From Chloroflexota bacterium (GTDB lineage: Bacteria; Chloroflexota; Dehalococcoidia; UBA2979), in NCBI GenBank assembly GCA_009840965.1, contig VXMT01000126.1, positions 1 to 38,917 on the forward strand: DNA of 38,917 bases, written 5' to 3'. The translations under genes and the position numbers were made by a program. The stretch's first letter is position 1, and each line of letters starts with the position of its first letter. Shown here one piece after another: positions 35,806 through 38,917 of this stretch. The notes beneath the pieces are model-generated. The model had not been told where the DNA came from. It saw only the letters and a program-made list of their open reading frames with translations, and did not search any database.

Positions 35806-36751
35806 CTCCGGCCCGGGCGACGATCGGCGGCAGGCCGGGGCGGCAGCGGCCGAGCAAGCCTTCGCGGGCGGTGGGGCGCTGGCGCTCGAGCTCGGGGCGC
35901 GGAGATCGCTGCATCCCGCCGTCGCCGCCTCCATCCGGGTGGCGAAGGTGCCCGTGGCCTTCGTCTCGCTCGTCGTGATTCTCGGGCTGATCGTGATCGC
36001 GGTCGGCGCTCCGTGGTTTGCTCCCTACGACCAGTTCGAGACGACCCGCAACACGTTCCAGGCGCCCAGCCTCGACCACCTCGCCGGGACGGACGAGGTC
36101 GGCCGCGATCAGCTCGCGCGACTGATCTACGGCGCGCGGGTATCGCTGTACGTGGGGATCATCGCGGTGGCGGTCGGCGTTGGGGCGGGGTCCATCGTGG
36201 GGCTCGTCAGCGGCTTCGTCGGCGGCGTCTTCGACCTCGTGGTGCAGCGGGTCGTCGACGCCCTGCTCGCCTTCCCCGGCATCGTGCTTGCCATGGCCCT
36301 TGTCTCGGTGTTCGGCACAAACACCACGAACGCCCTGCTGGCGATCGCGATCGTGATCGCACCCGCCACCTCGCGCGTGATCCGCAGCTCGACCCTCTCC
36401 GAGAAGGAGCGCGTCTACGTCGAGGCGGCCGCGGCCGTCGGAGCCAGTCCGCTGCGCGTGATGCTGCGGCACGTGGTTCCAAATATCTTCGCGCCGGTCC
36501 TGATCCTCGCGACCACCTTCCTGGGAGCGGCCATCCTGATCGAGGCGGGGCTGAGCTTCCTCGGGCTGGCGACGCAGCCGCCGAGTCCGTCGTGGGGCCT
36601 CATGCTCGCGACGTCCGGACGCCAGTACATGGAGTTCGCGCCGTGGCTGGCCGTCGTCCCCGGCGCGGCGATCAGCGTCACCGTGCTCTGCTTCAACCTG
36701 CTGGGCGACGTCGTACGGGACGTGCTCGATCCGAGGTTGCGCTCCTCGTGA
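35798..36751 (+). CDS. ABC transporter permease, DppC/OppC family
   Basis: GTDEVGRD, YVEAAAAVGA, EAGLSFLG, LGDVVRDVLDPR. Confidence 0.95.
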   Translation: MPSSGPGDDRRQAGAAAAEQAFAGGGALALELGARRSLHPAVAASIRVAKVPVAFVSLVVILGLIVIAVGAPWFAPYDQFETTRNTFQAPSLDHLAGTDEVGRDQLARLIYGARVSLYVGIIAVAVGVGAGSIVGLVSGFVGGVFDLVVQRVVDALLAFPGIVLAMALVSVFGTNTTNALLAIAIVIAPATSRVIRSSTLSEKERVYVEAAAAVGASPLRVMLRHVVPNIFAPVLILATTFLGAAILIEAGLSFLGLATQPPSPSWGLMLATSGRQYMEFAPWLAVVPGAAISVTVLCFNLLGDVVRDVLDPRLRSS

Positions 36752-36848
36752 GCGAGCGGCCCGGACGGCGCGGCGCAGGTCGAACGACGCGCGCGAGTGG
36801 TGCGCTGCCCCCGGCCGGGGCCGCGGGCAGCGCAGAAAGGGAACCCCG

Positions 36849-38030
36849 ATGACGATCGATTCGCCGCTCCGCGGTATCCGCGTGATCGAACTCAGCAGCA
36901 TGATCGCCGGTCCAATCGTGGGGCGCCTGTTCGGCGAGCTCGGAGCCGACGTCGTCCACGTCGAGCCGCCGTACGGCGACGATGGCCGCAATTCAACTAC
37001 CGAGTTCCTCGGCAGCGAAGGCGTGTTCCACTCGATGCACAACCGCAGCAAGCGCGGGCTCGTCGTCGACATCAAGCAGCCGGACGGCCGCGACGTGATC
37101 CGCCGTCTGGCCCGCGAGGCCGACGTCCTGATCGAGAACATGACGGTGGGGACCCTCGATGACCTCGGACTTGGCTACGAGGCGCTTCGCGCCGAGAACC
37201 CGCGGCTCGTCTACGTCTCGATCAGCGCCTGGGGCAGGGAGGGCCCGCTTGCACTGCTCCCCGGGTACGACATCCTGATCCAGGGCTTCACCGGAGCCGT
37301 GCAGTCGCCGGCTCCGGACCTGCCGCCGGTGCTCAGCCCGTCGCTCGTCGGCGACCCCGTCGCCCCCCTGATCGCGGCGTTCGCCACCCTCGTGGCCCTC
37401 CGCGACCGGGATGCGACGGGGGAGGGGACGCACGTCACCACCTCGCTGCTGCAGGCCGCCCTCCACATGCGGGCCACGGACGGCATGATCGCCGAAGGGG
37501 ATCCCGGGGTGGGCGACTGGGGGAGCAGCGGAGTCGGGGGTCTCGCCGTGCTCGAGACCGCGGACGGCCTGTTCGTGGTCCTCTGCGCGTGGACGGACGA
37601 GCACTACCGGCGACTCTGCGAGCTCGCGGACTTCGAGCACGGCCTTGCGGAGCAGTTCGAAACGCGCCTCGGCCGGATGGAGCACGCCGAGGCGTTGAAC
37701 GAGGTCTTCGCCCACTGGGTCGGCACCATGGATCGAGGCGACCTTGTGGCCCTGCTGCGACGAGAGGGCATCCCGATCGCCCCGGTCAACACGGACCCCC
37801 GAGAGCTGCTGCGGGACGCCGGCCTCCGCGACGCCGGAATGGTGGTACCGATCGATCATCCGACCAGGGGCCGGTTCTGGCAGTTCGGGGTGCCGTTCGA
37901 GCTGGACGGTCGGCGCGGCGACGTCTGGCCCGCGCCGCTCCTCGGCGAGCACAGCGACGACGTGCTCCGGGAATACGGCTTCGGCGACCAGGAGATCGCG
38001 GACCTGCGACAGTCCGGGTCGGTCGCATAG
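36849..38030 (+). CDS. Class III CoA-transferase
   Basis: PLRGIRVIELSSMIAGP, HNRSKRG, PGYDIL, LVGDPVA, APLLGEHS. Confidence 0.93.
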   Translation: MTIDSPLRGIRVIELSSMIAGPIVGRLFGELGADVVHVEPPYGDDGRNSTTEFLGSEGVFHSMHNRSKRGLVVDIKQPDGRDVIRRLAREADVLIENMTVGTLDDLGLGYEALRAENPRLVYVSISAWGREGPLALLPGYDILIQGFTGAVQSPAPDLPPVLSPSLVGDPVAPLIAAFATLVALRDRDATGEGTHVTTSLLQAALHMRATDGMIAEGDPGVGDWGSSGVGGLAVLETADGLFVVLCAWTDEHYRRLCELADFEHGLAEQFETRLGRMEHAEALNEVFAHWVGTMDRGDLVALLRREGIPIAPVNTDPRELLRDAGLRDAGMVVPIDHPTRGRFWQFGVPFELDGRRGDVWPAPLLGEHSDDVLREYGFGDQEIADLRQSGSVA

Positions 38031-38136
38031 GAGTCGCCACCCGGAGCGCTACCCGCGCAACCGTCCCGCGACCTGCGAAACGCCACCTCGGTCCGCCGGA
38101 GGACGTTCCCCGAGACGACAACGCCGGGAGGTGGAA

Positions 38137-38244
38137 GTCAGGACCAGGCCACGAACATCGGCGTCACTGTTCGGGAACGACAACATCGAGCGCGTGCCGG
38201 TGGTGGTGACGGTGGCGCTCGCGAGGCGCAGCAAGCGCGACTGA
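38137..38244 (+). repeat. Dispersed intergenic element, copy 3
   Basis: 64/72 nt identical to copy 2; 3' part matches copy 1; lies between the convergent CoA-transferase and amidase genes. Confidence 0.9.
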
Positions 38245-38303
38245 GCAAGTGGCCGGAGATTCGATGCCGCATGGTGGGCCTGGACGTACTGTACTGCGGC
38301 CGC

Positions 38304-38917
38304 TTACGCCTCCTCGCCGCCCGGTGCGTCGTCCGGCGGCGCCTGCAGGTGCCAGTCCGTCACCTGCTGCCAGGCGCGGCCCATGCGCACGAGCAGCGCT
38401 TCGGCGAGTGGCGCACCGACGATCTGCGCGGACAGCGGCAGTCCGAGCTCGGAGGAGAACCCCGATGGCAGTGCGAGCGCGGGATACCCGAGCAGGTTGA
38501 ACGGCCCCGCGTAGCTCGGCATCGTCAGCCGCCGGTTCAGGTCGGGCGGCTTGTGTGCGGGCGCCGGCTCGTGGGTCATCGGCACGACGAGCACGTCGAC
38601 GTCCGCCATGGCGCGCGCGGCCTGCTTCGCGTACCAGCTGCGAAAGCGCTGGGCCTGGATGTAGTCGGCGGCCGAGTAGAGCGCGGCGCGGCCGATCATG
38701 TTCCGAGCGCCCTTGCCGTACTCGGTCCAGCGGTCGCTCCCCATGTCCATGCGGTGGTAGGCGAAGGCCTCGCTGACCATCGTGAGGGTGTTCGCCTCCT
38801 TCGCGATGTCCGAGTGCGGCAGCTTCACCTCGACGACCTCCGCGCCGAGGCCGGCGAGCGTCTCGATCACCGCCTCGGTCGCCGACCGCACCTCCGCGTC
38901 AAGCTCCTCGTGGTCGA
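38304..38917 (-). CDS. Amidase signature family protein (GatA/AtzE-like), C-terminal part
   Basis: LGAEVVEVKLP, ADYIQAQRFR, PFNLLGYPALALPSGF, GLPLSAQIVG, TDWH; frame stays open to the window end. Confidence 0.9.
   Translation of the reverse strand, partial: DHEELDAEVRSATEAVIETLAGLGAEVVEVKLPHSDIAKEANTLTMVSEAFAYHRMDMGSDRWTEYGKGARNMIGRAALYSAADYIQAQRFRSWYAKQAARAMADVDVLVVPMTHEPAPAHKPPDLNRRLTMPSYAGPFNLLGYPALALPSGFSSELGLPLSAQIVGAPLAEALLVRMGRAWQQVTDWHLQAPPDDAPGGEEA

Noticed and set aside
1-38917. tRNA, rRNA, riboswitch, selenoprotein or stop-codon readthrough
   Set aside because: None recognised by eye; genes end at family-typical C-termini. An Infernal/Rfam scan would be needed to exclude small RNAs.

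Overview
GC-rich bacterial window with no rRNA, tRNA, CRISPR array or transposase visible. Gene content (Tat-lipoprotein family-5 binding proteins, many luciferase-like monooxygenase and class III CoA-transferase paralogues, an Fn3-bearing S8 protease) suggests Chloroflexota/Dehalococcoidia; this is inference only. 1-3.4 kb: a secreted kexin-like S8 protease with no evident propeptide, coupled to a lipoprotein whose C-terminus looks like a free prodomain/chaperone. 4-38 kb: a catabolic island for a CoA-activated substrate, with 5 class III CoA-transferases, 5 LLM oxidoreductases, 2 Cys-less thiolase-like proteins with DUF35 partners, a MaoC pair, an acyl-CoA dehydrogenase pair, 2 crotonases, 2 ATPase-less ABC modules (one binding protein frameshifted), a TetR and a partial amidase. 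Two non-coding signals stand out: a palindromic operator CNTAC-N3-GTANR found 9 times in intergenic DNA from 17.9 to 32.8 kb, and a three-copy dispersed intergenic element whose copies diverge in a codon-like way.
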